Virus record (IMG/VR): IMGVR_UViG_3300025314_000001
Location: 42,686-106,685 of that record
Direction: 5' to 3' (one strand)
Source: a virus
Length of the DNA: 64,000 bases
Position 1 is the stretch's first letter. Each line of letters opens with the position of its first letter. The notes beneath the pieces are model-generated. The model was given only the letters and a program-made list of their open reading frames with translations. It was not told the DNA's origin and ran no database searches. The position numbers and the translations under genes were made by a program. This document shows, piece by piece, positions 1 to 9,418 of this stretch.

Positions 1-200
1 GCCATCGTCAACGCCAGGTCTCCGATGTTCGTCGGGTGAAAGGGCGTTGCCTGGTCGACATGGGTGGGACCCCACGGGAACTGTCCCAGTAGTAACGCGG
101 TAGCGGTCCCGGCGGACTGCACCAGCGCCGGGGGCTCGCGCTCGATCGCGTAGATCCCCATCAACGTTGGAGTCGTGATGGATTGGACGAATACAGGCAT
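1..200 (-). CDS. Contractile tail sheath protein, N-terminus (continues beyond the window)
   Basis: Manual translation from ATG at 200: MPVFVQSITTPTLMGIYAIEREPP...ALLLGQFPWGP. The GIY..E and G-x-F-x-WGP motifs resemble sheath N-termini, and it follows the tail-completion gene. Confidence 0.65.
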   Translation of the reverse strand, partial: MPVFVQSITTPTLMGIYAIEREPPALVQSAGTATALLLGQFPWGPTHVDQATPFHPTNIGDLALTM

Positions 201-336
201 TGCGCCCTCGTTTTGGTTGTGACGAGGGCAGAGCTTGCCCTCGGGTTCCTACGTCAGCTGAGCTCGTGGCTCAGGCAACCCAGATCGCTTCACCGTCTAC
301 GGTGATGTTTGCTCCGCCCAGTGTCAGATGGTCGTG

Positions 337-960
337 TTACGGAATGCGATTGTCGAACACGTCAATCTCTTCACGCGGTAAGGCGCTGTCGAGCAGAATA
401 CCCAGCGCAATCCGTAACAGCTGCGGGCTTTGCGCGGTCACCGTCGCCACCATGTGGGCCTCCCCATCGATAGTGGCGCGCCACTCATTGACCCGAACTG
501 GGCTCGGAGAATCCGTGATGTCCGGGGGGTCGAAATCGAAGTCGACGTGCCCTTCGAACCCGTCGAGCTGAGCGTTGAACTCGAGCAGGATTCCGTCGCG
601 TACCGGGTTGCCGGCGCCCAACGTGAAGAGCGGACCCTTGTGCAGTACGTCCTCCAGGTCCGCCAGCATCTGGTCTCGCTCGGCCTGGGACTGCGACCAG
701 ATGTCGATCTGGATGGGCTGATTCCGGTCTGCGAAACGCCACGTGTAGAGCCCCGTGGTCGCGTCCACCGGTACCATATCGACGTCGTCGATGTTAACCT
801 GCTCGTCCTCGGCAGAGCCGGCGCACAGGATGGTCACGGCCCGCGGGGGAAGCGGTGCATCAGCCGCCGGCCACTCGTAGCTGATGACGGTGTCCGGCAT
901 CTGCCCAGCGATGAACCGCCCAAGCGCCGCGCAGGCGGCTTTCTGGATGGGCTGGGTCAT
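337..960 (-). CDS. Tail terminator/completion-like protein
   Basis: Position between neck and sheath genes; acidic, with a QIDIWS..QAERD motif. Confidence 0.5.
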   Translation of the reverse strand: MTQPIQKAACAALGRFIAGQMPDTVISYEWPAADAPLPPRAVTILCAGSAEDEQVNIDDVDMVPVDATTGLYTWRFADRNQPIQIDIWSQSQAERDQMLADLEDVLHKGPLFTLGAGNPVRDGILLEFNAQLDGFEGHVDFDFDPPDITDSPSPVRVNEWRATIDGEAHMVATVTAQSPQLLRIALGILLDSALPREEIDVFDNRIP

Positions 961-963
961 GGG

Positions 964-1227
964 TCAAGCTTCCGGGAAGTCCGAGGCGCCGCAGCACTCA
1001 CAGAAGTTGAATTCCTGTCCCATCCATAGACGCAGTACCAATGGGCGAAGGTGGTAGACGACCTCCGTGTCCTCGTGCCTCGGAGCATCGCAGAGCCGGG
1101 CGCGGCCCATGCGCAAGAGTAGGTTATCATGCGCCCTGTCCCACACCTGTACGTCGCAACGTTCAGGATCTGATTCCGCCTCGCCTAGAGCCACGAGTGC
1201 CGCAGCGGTCTGCCTGTCGTAGATCAT
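964..1227 (-). CDS. Hypothetical protein
   Basis: ORF packed in the late operon with ATGA overlap to the upstream gene. Confidence 0.45.
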   Translation of the reverse strand: MIYDRQTAAALVALGEAESDPERCDVQVWDRAHDNLLLRMGRARLCDAPRHEDTEVVYHLRPLVLRLWMGQEFNFCECCGASDFPEA

Positions 1228-1802
1228 CGGTTCCCGCCCCGGTCGGGCAATGCCCTGCGTACTTCCTCAGCAAGAATCTCGCGAACCCGGGGTATGGACG
1301 ACCTCATGAACCAGTGAGGTCTGGTCCCGTGGGCCGCGATGGACCGCTGGATGCCGCGGGCGATGCGCGCAGCGTCTTCGACCTGCTGGCCTCCGGCCGC
1401 GGCGGCCATGGCGTGCAGCTCTCCAGCGATGCGTGCTGCATGATGCCGAGTCGTGCTTCCGGTAAGCCTACGGTGAGGGTTCACTCGCCCACGGGTGTCT
1501 ATCCCCTGCATCCCTCGGAGATTCACCCAGTCGATAAGGGGAGCCAGTGGGGGCCAGTGGGGCCTAGACCCGCGCTCCACCGAAGCAGCATGGGGAGCGT
1601 CGGCGATGATGGTGTGGAAGGGGCCCGTGTGGACGGAGTCCCGGAGTTCCCCGAACGCCACCGGCATGTGCCGCCGGACGTACTGGGCTCCCCGATCGGC
1701 GGCCCGTCGCCTGGCGTCGTCAAGCCTGCGCTCACGCGACTCGTGGTCCCTTGAGATCTTCCTTAAGGCCGCCGCGAGCGACTTGAACTTGAACTCAGCC
1801 AC
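1224..1802 (-). CDS. HK97 gp10-like neck/tail-completion protein
   Basis: PVAFGELRDS, APHAASVERGSRPHWPP and GTRPHWFM motifs. Confidence 0.7.
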   Translation of the reverse strand: MAEFKFKSLAAALRKISRDHESRERRLDDARRRAADRGAQYVRRHMPVAFGELRDSVHTGPFHTIIADAPHAASVERGSRPHWPPLAPLIDWVNLRGMQGIDTRGRVNPHRRLTGSTTRHHAARIAGELHAMAAAAGGQQVEDAARIARGIQRSIAAHGTRPHWFMRSSIPRVREILAEEVRRALPDRGGNR

Positions 1803-1811
1803 GGGCGTGCC

Positions 1812-2903
1812 TCAGTGAAGCTTCTCCACCGCAAACCGCAGGTTCTGCTCAATGCGGGGCCGGTGCTCTACAGGGAGCAGACCCATGAGCAACCGCCGAG
1901 CTACCCTTGCGCTCTCTTCGTACTTGCCGACCCAGTAAGCCGCGATAGAGAGCTCATCGAGGCTCCGCCACCGGTAGACGCCTTCGTCCAGAAATAGCGT
2001 GTCGTCCGGCTTATCGATGCGCGTAGCGGCGGAGGCAAACAGGTAAGCGGGCCAGAGGGCTCCGGTTTCCCGGTGCATCCGTGCGAGCTCGCAGAGCGGC
2101 TCGGCGCGCGTCGGGCGGACCTGGTAGGCCCGGAGATAGGCCTCGATGGCCTCGGCTCTGCGCCCCAGGTGTTCGAGGTTCCGCGCTACCTGAAACTCAG
2201 AGTACCAGACCTCTTCATCCCAACCGCCCATTTGGGCTCGGCGCCGGTAGGCTTCTAGCGAATTCTCGTACTGCTTGGCGTCCCGCCAGCTCTGGCCGAG
2301 GTAGAAGACGTAACGCGAGTTGTTCGGTTCCTTCTCGAGCGCCTTGGTGATGCCCAGGGCGTGCCGCGTGTACTTCTCCTCCGGGCTCAGCTGGTTCTGC
2401 GCCGAGTCGAAGAGGCCGTGCACGAGTGGCCCCGGCAGACGAGATTCAGTGTGCGGGGCGTCGCAGTAAATGGCCTCGTGGTAGGCGCCACGGTACTCCC
2501 ACGGGGTCGAGCTCCGGACCAGCTTCGTCAGCCAGAACCGTACTTCTGAAGCGCCAGACCGTAGCTGCAGCTGGTAGCCGTCGTGTTCGAGCTTTGGCCA
2601 GCTGAAGCGCTCTGGAGCGACAAAGACTTCGTCGGCGTCGAGCACCAGGATGTAGTCGGCTTTTCCGCGCGCCAGTTCCAGAGCCTCGGTTCGGTTGGTG
2701 CCGAAGTCCTGCCAGGGGCGCCGGTGGAGCTCTCCGGGCTTCTGGGCGCCGGCCATGAACTCGCGGATGACCGCGTCGGTTCCGTCCGTGGACTCCAGGT
2801 CGTCAACGATGACCCAGCTATCGATGAACGGCGCGACGGAGCCGAGGCAACGCCGGATGACGTGCGCCTCGTTCTTCACGATCATGTTGAGGCAGACGCT
2901 CAT
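1812..2903 (-). CDS. GT2 glycosyltransferase with C-terminal TPR repeats
   Basis: SVCLNMIVKNE, STDGT, DFGTNR, LVLDADE (DxD); helical TPR-like C-terminus. Start reassigned to the ATG at 2903 (ATGA overlap). Confidence 0.88.
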   Translation of the reverse strand: MSVCLNMIVKNEAHVIRRCLGSVAPFIDSWVIVDDLESTDGTDAVIREFMAGAQKPGELHRRPWQDFGTNRTEALELARGKADYILVLDADEVFVAPERFSWPKLEHDGYQLQLRSGASEVRFWLTKLVRSSTPWEYRGAYHEAIYCDAPHTESRLPGPLVHGLFDSAQNQLSPEEKYTRHALGITKALEKEPNNSRYVFYLGQSWRDAKQYENSLEAYRRRAQMGGWDEEVWYSEFQVARNLEHLGRRAEAIEAYLRAYQVRPTRAEPLCELARMHRETGALWPAYLFASAATRIDKPDDTLFLDEGVYRWRSLDELSIAAYWVGKYEESARVARRLLMGLLPVEHRPRIEQNLRFAVEKLH

Positions 2904-3421
2904 CCAAACGTTCCGTACCGACTCGGCTTGATGGCGTGCATCGAGAAGAATAGGTTTCCGCCCTGCCGCTGCGTCCACATCTTCCCGAAGTCGGCCTTGA
3001 AGAGCCACCGGTAGTCGGACATCCAGGTGTGGCCGACCTGAATCCAGTATTGCTCCTGATCGAGAAAGACCAGCGTCTGCTCGGTGAGCATCCGGCGGTG
3101 CCCAGGGTCGCCCCAGGCGTGCTCATGGCTCGCCAGCGGGACCGAGGCCGCAAACAGACCGCCCGGCTTCAGGATGCGCCAGAACTCCGTGAACTGCTCG
3201 AAGAAGAACCGGTAGTCCCCCTGCATACCCGTGTGCTCGAGCACTTCGTAGGCGTGAATCTCGTCGAAGGCGTCCGCCTCGAAAGGGAGGGGTAGGCGCT
3301 CGAGGTCATGCAAAACGTCGGGCTTGTGGTCGGGGTTGATGTCGAGCGTGACCAGCTTCGTCCACGGCGTATTGCCGACGCGCTTTTCGTGCAGCGCGCC
3401 GCAGCCAAGGAGAAGTTCCAT
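2900..3421 (-). CDS. Class I SAM-dependent methyltransferase
   Basis: LLLGCG, LDIN, LPF..DAFDEIHAYEVLEH, RILKPGG; GGGGAG RBS before the ATG at 3421. Confidence 0.85.
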   Translation of the reverse strand: MELLLGCGALHEKRVGNTPWTKLVTLDINPDHKPDVLHDLERLPLPFEADAFDEIHAYEVLEHTGMQGDYRFFFEQFTEFWRILKPGGLFAASVPLASHEHAWGDPGHRRMLTEQTLVFLDQEQYWIQVGHTWMSDYRWLFKADFGKMWTQRQGGNLFFSMHAIKPSRYGTFG

Positions 3422-3423
3422 GA

Positions 3424-3534
3424 TTACTCCCCCCGCGAGGCGCATCGACGCGCTCGTCCGCGTTCAATTAGTGCGCGGTACTGCTTGCCTGTGAATCGTT
3501 GCAGATCATCGAATACCAGGACGCTGATGGACAT
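3424..3534 (-). CDS. 36-aa micro-ORF resembling the terminase Walker B segment
   Basis: MSISVLVFDDLQRFTGKQYRALIERGRARRCASRGE; TGATG overlap with the bfr stop; fills the gap to the next gene. Confidence 0.5.
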   Translation of the reverse strand: MSISVLVFDDLQRFTGKQYRALIERGRARRCASRGE

Positions 3535-4007
3535 CAGCCCCCCGCGACCTGATTCGCCAGGTAGTTGTCGATTCCGATCTGGGCAATCTGGTCAAGCTGC
3601 TGCTCGCTCCACAGAAGGTGGTCTTCTTCGGACTTCAGATGCTCCTCGAAGAGCGCCCGGCTGCCTTCGTCCTTGAGCTCCACGGCGAGCAACACGGACT
3701 CGTTGTACTTGGATACGGCGTCGGCTTCCGCCGCCCGGTCGTTCTCGAGCATGGCCTTGGGTTCCGCACCGATCCGGATCTCGTTGAGCTTGCTCACGAT
3801 GGGCTTTCCCTCGAGGAACAGGATCCGGTCGATGAGTTCATCGGCGTGCCCCATCTCGGAGCGAGCGAGCCCCATGACGTGTTTTGCCAACGCCGCGTAT
3901 CCCCATCGGCCATACATGGCCGCGTGTACCACGTACTGGTTGATCGCCGTTAGCTCCTCGGAGAGACGCTCGTTCAGAGCTGCGATGATTCTTGGGTTGC
4001 CTTTCAT
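3534..4007 (-). CDS. bfr: Bacterioferritin
   Basis: MKGNPRII..LN..L..ELTAINQY..H, EMGHADELIDRILFLEG, EEDH, IGIDNYL: ferroxidase ligands and the heme-binding Met. Confidence 0.93.
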   Translation of the reverse strand: MKGNPRIIAALNERLSEELTAINQYVVHAAMYGRWGYAALAKHVMGLARSEMGHADELIDRILFLEGKPIVSKLNEIRIGAEPKAMLENDRAAEADAVSKYNESVLLAVELKDEGSRALFEEHLKSEEDHLLWSEQQLDQIAQIGIDNYLANQVAGG

Positions 4008-4010
4008 GAC

Positions 4011-4670
4011 TCACCACTTGGGGTAAAAAACTGTGTTTCCGTCGGTGTGGCCCAGGACGACTCCGGGGTGCGCCCAAATCTGCGTGCCGATGTCGCGCAC
4101 TCGGCAATGGAAGGCGGTGTCCTCACCTTGCAGGATCCCCTTGTGGAAGAACTGCATGTGCAGGGCCCTAGTCATTCCGGCCTTCTCGGAAGTCTTGTAG
4201 GCCAGTGAGCGATACTCATCAAAGAGCCGCACCACCAACCCCCGCTTGACAACCTGGAACCCATACCCCGCACTCTCGAACGTCCAGGGTGCCGACGGTT
4301 TCGGCTTCGGACACGGCATGATTACCGGCTCTGCCGCCGCGTTCTTGTAGCAGTAGACGCCGATCGCCAGGTCGACGTTCATGTCGATCAGTGTCTCGGC
4401 TTGCTCTGGAGTCCACCCGATGTCGGCGTCGACGCTCAGGAAGTGCGACAACCCAGAGTCGAGAAACCGAAGAATCATCTCGTCGCGTGAGTTGCAGATC
4501 CCCATTGCTTTGAGGCTATCCACGCGCACGCGCCCTTGCCAGCGCACCCTTGCTTCGAGCATTCCGGCAACGCAAACGTCGTGGATCTGCCCTTTCTCAC
4601 TCTGCACGCCGACGAAGATACCCGCCGTCTCGCTCACACCCATACTCTGCTCCTGTTCTTCAGCCGACAC
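4011..4670 (-). CDS. GT-A fold glycosyltransferase
   Basis: FLSVDADIGW (DxD), GYGFQVVKR, GEDTAF, VVLGH. Confidence 0.75.
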   Translation of the reverse strand: MSAEEQEQSMGVSETAGIFVGVQSEKGQIHDVCVAGMLEARVRWQGRVRVDSLKAMGICNSRDEMILRFLDSGLSHFLSVDADIGWTPEQAETLIDMNVDLAIGVYCYKNAAAEPVIMPCPKPKPSAPWTFESAGYGFQVVKRGLVVRLFDEYRSLAYKTSEKAGMTRALHMQFFHKGILQGEDTAFHCRVRDIGTQIWAHPGVVLGHTDGNTVFYPKW

Positions 4671-4715
4671 CCCGGGCCAACGGGGAGAGGACTGGTTCCT
4701 TGCGCTACCCCGCGT

Positions 4716-5150
4716 CTACGGAGTGCGCCTTGATCGCGTCAGCACGACGAACCACGCCAACGGGTCGGTCGTGTCGAGATTCTGTACCTTGAATTCCCCC
4801 TCGTAGTCCCCGCTCAGCATGTACAGGATCTCGGTGTGCGTCGATCCTGTCGGCATCAGCTGAGCGCGCGAAAATCCTCCACCACTTCCTTGGGTAAAGG
4901 GTGGCGTGATGGGCCCGAGCTTTACGTCGCCCATCTCGTAGAGACCCCCGGAGCTGCTGACCTCACGCGCCGAGAGCTGGCGAACTGGGTATCGAATCGG
5001 GAGCACGGTATCGACGTCCCGGGGCGTGGTATTGGGCTGTCCAATCTTGCTCGGCCAGGTTCGTTCGCGTACCGTGACGGTGATGGTACGGATCGGGGTG
5101 GCGACGTTCCGAATTCGGTCGGCCACGAATCGGAAGCGGTCGAGGTTCAT
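4716..5150 (-). CDS. Head closure/stopper-like protein
   Basis: Position after the adaptor gene; beta-rich, 144 aa. Confidence 0.5.
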   Translation of the reverse strand: MNLDRFRFVADRIRNVATPIRTITVTVRERTWPSKIGQPNTTPRDVDTVLPIRYPVRQLSAREVSSSGGLYEMGDVKLGPITPPFTQGSGGGFSRAQLMPTGSTHTEILYMLSGDYEGEFKVQNLDTTDPLAWFVVLTRSRRTP

Positions 5151-5153
5151 CCC

Positions 5154-5528
5154 TTACCGCTCCCTATAGAGCACCGGCGACCCAAAGACGTCACAGCGGG
5201 GTGAGTAGTTCATAGCGTTGAAGAGTCGCCCAATCAACTGCCTCCCCCGCTTGCACAGAATCGCTAACCCGCGCGCCGGATCTATCGTGAGCTCGTTGAC
5301 CTTGAAGGCCTCGGGTGCTGTCAGGACCTCCTGAATCTGAAGGTCCAGCGCTGCCAGCTCTGTAAGGTACCCGATGATCAGCAGCTCGGCTGACGAGTCC
5401 GGGTTGATCCCACCGTCCGCAATCGACTGGCACGCCGTGATCTGGCGCTCCAGCTGGAGATCTCGATGAGCAGCCGCCCATCCTCCCCAGGCTCGGATTG
5501 CGGCGCGGTGGGACTCGGTAAAGGCCAT
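5154..5528 (-). CDS. Head-tail adaptor-like protein
   Basis: Position downstream of the capsid genes; helical, 124 aa. Confidence 0.5.
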   Translation of the reverse strand: MAFTESHRAAIRAWGGWAAAHRDLQLERQITACQSIADGGINPDSSAELLIIGYLTELAALDLQIQEVLTAPEAFKVNELTIDPARGLAILCKRGRQLIGRLFNAMNYSPRCDVFGSPVLYRER

Positions 5529-5532
5529 TGGT

Positions 5533-6036
5533 CTATCTGCCTTTGGGTCCCTTCGGGGCCTGGTCGATCTTGGCGATCTCCGCCTGAAGCTCGGCGAGCT
5601 CTTCGTCTTCGCCGACCACGACCTGGGGCCGCTGTTGCATCATGTTTTGCACGATGGCCGCGGTCTCGGCGGCCGCCGTGACCTTTTCCTTGAGCTCACG
5701 CTTGCGTGCCGTAGCGGGGTCGAGCGCGGGGTGCATCGGCGCCGGCTCGCGGCCGCGCTTCTTGAGCTGCGGGGCGAGTCCAGACTGGATGACGCCGTTC
5801 TTGTCCGTGAACTGGACCGCTTGGTCGTAGATCTTCTCCAAACGGATAGACCCACCTGGTGGTACCACGACATCCTTGTACTTACGGGGCCGTGTCCCTT
5901 CAGCCCACTGCTTTTGCGAAAACTTGTGACCCGCCGCGTCTATCCACAGTCGCAACGTCACGATCTGTTTGGTTGGATTTTCCCAGATGGTGTATTCGTC
6001 CTCATTGACGACTGTCGACATGGTTTCTTGTGGCAT
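5533..6036 (-). CDS. Hypothetical head-module protein
   Basis: ORF in the late operon. Confidence 0.5.
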   Translation of the reverse strand: MPQETMSTVVNEDEYTIWENPTKQIVTLRLWIDAAGHKFSQKQWAEGTRPRKYKDVVVPPGGSIRLEKIYDQAVQFTDKNGVIQSGLAPQLKKRGREPAPMHPALDPATARKRELKEKVTAAAETAAIVQNMMQQRPQVVVGEDEELAELQAEIAKIDQAPKGPKGR

Positions 6037-6094
6037 GAGACTCTTTGACTCCCTGTTCGTTGTGAAGGTGTACCCGAAGCGTTGTTTGCTTCGA

Positions 6095-6631
6095 CTACGG
6101 ATCGATGGGCTCGATATGCGCTCCGGCTAACCCAGCCACCACGTGGGCGTTGAGCTGGACAGCTTCGTCGTTGACCAGCGTGATGAGTGTAGCCGTGTTG
6201 GTGCAGGTCGCTGCCGTGATGGCGTTGACGGTGTCGTTGGTCGCGTGGACTCCCGATGCCGTTCGGTGAGCCGTGTATCCGGTGAGGATCGCGTTGGCCA
6301 GCGTGATGCCGGTCGTGACGTCGGTCGCATCGGCTACTGTGATCGACGCCGAGGCGGTCGTTCCGTGGGGAACTCCGTCGGGTGCGTGCTGGTTGTAGAT
6401 GCCCTTGACGTCGTTGACGAGCGTTACGGCTGTCGCCGCCGTTGTCGCCGCTACGGTGCTACATGCCAGCGCACCCGGCATGGTGGGCTCCATCGGGTCA
6501 TCCACCGAAGCGCGCGAAATGTCGTAGTGGATGTTCGTCGAAACCACTGCTTCGCGCAGCGCATTGAATGCCAGCGCGATCGTCTTGAGCAGCGAGGCCG
6601 GCTCGATGCCTTTTCTGACTTTCAGACTCAT
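6095..6631 (-). CDS. Head decoration/cement-like protein
   Basis: Ala/Thr-rich with internal repeats (TLVN/TLAN...H); directly after the major capsid gene. Confidence 0.5.
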   Translation of the reverse strand: MSLKVRKGIEPASLLKTIALAFNALREAVVSTNIHYDISRASVDDPMEPTMPGALACSTVAATTAATAVTLVNDVKGIYNQHAPDGVPHGTTASASITVADATDVTTGITLANAILTGYTAHRTASGVHATNDTVNAITAATCTNTATLITLVNDEAVQLNAHVVAGLAGAHIEPIDP

Positions 6632-6729
6632 GGTGTTGCTCCAGGTCCAGAGGAATGGAAAGGGGTTGGCCTGGACGGCGCCGCGCCGCAGGGAGTCACC
6701 CCAGCGCGGCGCCCTCCAGAGCGGCTTGG

Positions 6730-7770
6730 CTACTCGGCGATGTCCGCGATGTACCCGAAGGCACCACGGCGCTTCAGACAGAGCGCCACGGTCGCTTCCA
6801 TGACGAACTGCACGTAGCTGCCCAGACGTCCCAGCGGGTAGATCCTGATCGGAATGCTCGACGCGTCGAACACGTTTCCGTCGGCGGTACCCCTAGCCTG
6901 GACGATCTGTTGCATCGTCTGTTCCCCGAAGGGCGCCGGGGGCAGAAACTGCATCTCGCATTGGTCGGGGTTGAAGGCGACCATGTATCCCGCGCTGCAG
7001 TCGATGTCGTCGTCGATTGGACGACCTCTCCAGAACAGGTCCTCGGCTCCGAGGTTCGCAGCTCCGCCCATGCCGGCAACGACGGTCTTCTGGTTGAAGA
7101 GCCCTTCGTACTTGGTCTTCACTCCGGGCGAGCAAAGGAAACGCTTCGGCGTGTTGGCCTGGCCGGCGTGCGTTCTGATTCCCTGGTTCAGCTGGGCGAT
7201 GAGGTCCAGCGTCAGGGGGCGGTCCGTTCCGCCATTGGCCAACACGGTGCTGACCCAGTAGGTCGAATCGGTGATTGCCGCATAGGCGCCAGACGACGCA
7301 ATGGCTCCGCCCAGGAGACCCACGCAGTTCGCGTTCCCTGATCCGTCGGTTCCATCGCCGGTCCACATGTCGGTATTGATGGCCCGAGCGATCGTGGCCG
7401 CACCTTCCATGATACGGTTGGCGAGCTTGTTCCCGATGATCAGGGGGTTACGTTGCCCGGTCGACGCCAAGACATCGAGCTCGGTCGTCGTGAAACCGAA
7501 GGTGTGCCGATAGATGCCCCAGCTCAGATAGGCGTTGTCTTCGACCATCTGCGTCGCGTCGCTGGCAGCCACGGTCGCGCCTTCGGCAACGGTTGCGGCG
7601 GTTGCACCACCGAGCTGGGCAGCCCACGCGGCTCGAGGACCACGGGGAACTCCGGTGGGGGCCGGCACCAACGACAGGAGTTTACACTCCTTGTTCCACG
7701 TGCGGGCGATATCGGGCCCGAACTGATCGACGAGAATTGCCGCAGCAACGGTCAGGGTTTCGACAGCCAT
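6730..7770 (-). CDS. Major capsid protein (HK97 fold)
   Basis: 346 aa after the scaffold gene; VAEGA, MWTGDG, FWRGRPIDDD, C-terminal beta-strands. Confidence 0.8.
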   Translation of the reverse strand: MAVETLTVAAAILVDQFGPDIARTWNKECKLLSLVPAPTGVPRGPRAAWAAQLGGATAATVAEGATVAASDATQMVEDNAYLSWGIYRHTFGFTTTELDVLASTGQRNPLIIGNKLANRIMEGAATIARAINTDMWTGDGTDGSGNANCVGLLGGAIASSGAYAAITDSTYWVSTVLANGGTDRPLTLDLIAQLNQGIRTHAGQANTPKRFLCSPGVKTKYEGLFNQKTVVAGMGGAANLGAEDLFWRGRPIDDDIDCSAGYMVAFNPDQCEMQFLPPAPFGEQTMQQIVQARGTADGNVFDASSIPIRIYPLGRLGSYVQFVMEATVALCLKRRGAFGYIADIAE

Positions 7771-7811
7771 GATGACCTCTTCTGGGCGGATCCCCGCCCT
7801 CTTGGCTGGGC

Positions 7812-8603
7812 CTACTGGCCCAGCAGATTCGCAAACGCGTTACCCACAACCTCTTGCGGGGTGCGCTTTTCACCTGCAGCTGGCGGGAGTCCAGCGCGTT
7901 GTCCCGGCTTCTCGCCGGATCCCGAAGCCCCGACAGGGGGCAGGTACAGTTTCGCCTCTGGCGTCTTGATCCAGGATGAGAGGCCCTGAGTTAACGGGAG
8001 TTCTCCCTTCTCGGGGTCCTTGTAAACGAGCGTTTCTCCGTCTTCGGAGTAACCGATGCGCTTCTTGCCGTCGTAGAGGAACAGCTCCGCCGCTTCGGCG
8101 GCCTCTTCCGCGGTGATGCCGTTCTTGCCGAGTTCCTTGCGGAGGGCTTGCCGCAGGTTGAGCTCGGTCCGGGCTTTCTTCTCGGCGTCGCGCTGTTGCT
8201 CAGCCGACTTGAACTTCGTGTCGAGCTCGGTGCTATGCTTGGTCAGCAAAGCGATCTGCTTCTTGAGCTCGATGACTTGTGGATCGTCGGGCTTCTCGCC
8301 CTGCTTACCCTTGAGCTCCTTGCCCTTCGTTTCGTCCTCTTCGGCTCGCTGGGTCGGCTGAAGTTCGGACCTCAACTTCGCTTCGAACGCATCGAAGGTC
8401 GGCTTCAAGGACTCGCCCACGGCAGACCCAATTCCTGCAGTGAGCTCCTTCTTGAGCCGCGTACCGAGGCCCGTGATCATCTCGGTTTGCTGAACTTGGA
8501 ATCCCTCGAATCGCTTCCCGATGTCGTCGTTCAGCGTCTTGAGGTCATCGGTTCCTAGAACTTCGTGCTCGTTTCCAAACGCATCCTTGATCTTGACGGT
8601 CAT
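7812..8603 (-). CDS. Capsid scaffolding protein
   Basis: Charged coiled-coil with a GASGSG C-terminal tail, upstream of the capsid gene. Confidence 0.7.
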   Translation of the reverse strand: MTVKIKDAFGNEHEVLGTDDLKTLNDDIGKRFEGFQVQQTEMITGLGTRLKKELTAGIGSAVGESLKPTFDAFEAKLRSELQPTQRAEEDETKGKELKGKQGEKPDDPQVIELKKQIALLTKHSTELDTKFKSAEQQRDAEKKARTELNLRQALRKELGKNGITAEEAAEAAELFLYDGKKRIGYSEDGETLVYKDPEKGELPLTQGLSSWIKTPEAKLYLPPVGASGSGEKPGQRAGLPPAAGEKRTPQEVVGNAFANLLGQ

Positions 8604-8740
8604 GTGCCATTCACCTTGTCGGTGCCCTGGGATGGAAAACGACGTCCCAGCCGCGTCGCTCGGCTGCTGTTAACCCGTGCTCACTCGTTGCCGCGAACGA
8701 GTGCGGGGGTGACTTTTTGTTGGCCGCCTTACGCCGGGGC

Positions 8741-9391
8741 CTAAACTGGGCGCTCTACGCCAAGGATCGGATTCAGGTACTCCGAGGCTCTGCGTTTCGG
8801 TCGCTCACTGACTACTGAGGTCAGGTAAATCGAATTCGCGGGCTGTGCGAGCTCGTACTCGATCCAGTCCGGCAACGGCTCGAACAGGCGCTCCTTTTCC
8901 ACGGAAGCGACAATGCGCGCTGGGGCCGTTGGAAGGTCACGTAAACGATCCACAATCTGCTTGTACTGTTCTCTCGTGAACCTGGTCAGATGATCGAATG
9001 CCACGATGTTGAGCTCGAGCCCGCAAAGCTCGTTTCCGGTTTCTACGACTTTGCCAATGAACGTGCCCCCATCGGGGAACACGAACATCGGGAAAGGATC
9101 ACGTCGGAATGAGTACTTCACCCACTCGAATGCTTCGGTCGCCTGCCCCACCAGGAACTGTAAGTGGTGCGGATTGGTTGACACGAGCGCCGCGCGGTAG
9201 CTGCTGCCGTATCCCCTTCGCAGCCTGCTCGCCATGACGGACAGAAGCCCCATCGTCTTTCCGGTGGCACGCGGACCGACAATGAAGCTCTGACGGGACT
9301 TACTCTCGATGAGCGCCTGCTGGTGAGGATATGGGTGGAAGTTGAACATGGTTCTTTTGTAGATCTGGCGGCTTGTGCTGACCGGGCTCAC
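8741..9391 (-). CDS. Stand-alone terminase-type ATPase domain (truncated TerL paralog)
   Basis: PYPHQQ, GPRATGKT (Walker A), IVAFDHLTRFTREQY (Walker B with DE>DH); no nuclease domain. Confidence 0.7.
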   Translation of the reverse strand: MSPVSTSRQIYKRTMFNFHPYPHQQALIESKSRQSFIVGPRATGKTMGLLSVMASRLRRGYGSSYRAALVSTNPHHLQFLVGQATEAFEWVKYSFRRDPFPMFVFPDGGTFIGKVVETGNELCGLELNIVAFDHLTRFTREQYKQIVDRLRDLPTAPARIVASVEKERLFEPLPDWIEYELAQPANSIYLTSVVSERPKRRASEYLNPILGVERPV

Positions 9392-9418
9392 TCGCGGCCG
9401 CGGGCGAGTGGCGGGGAC

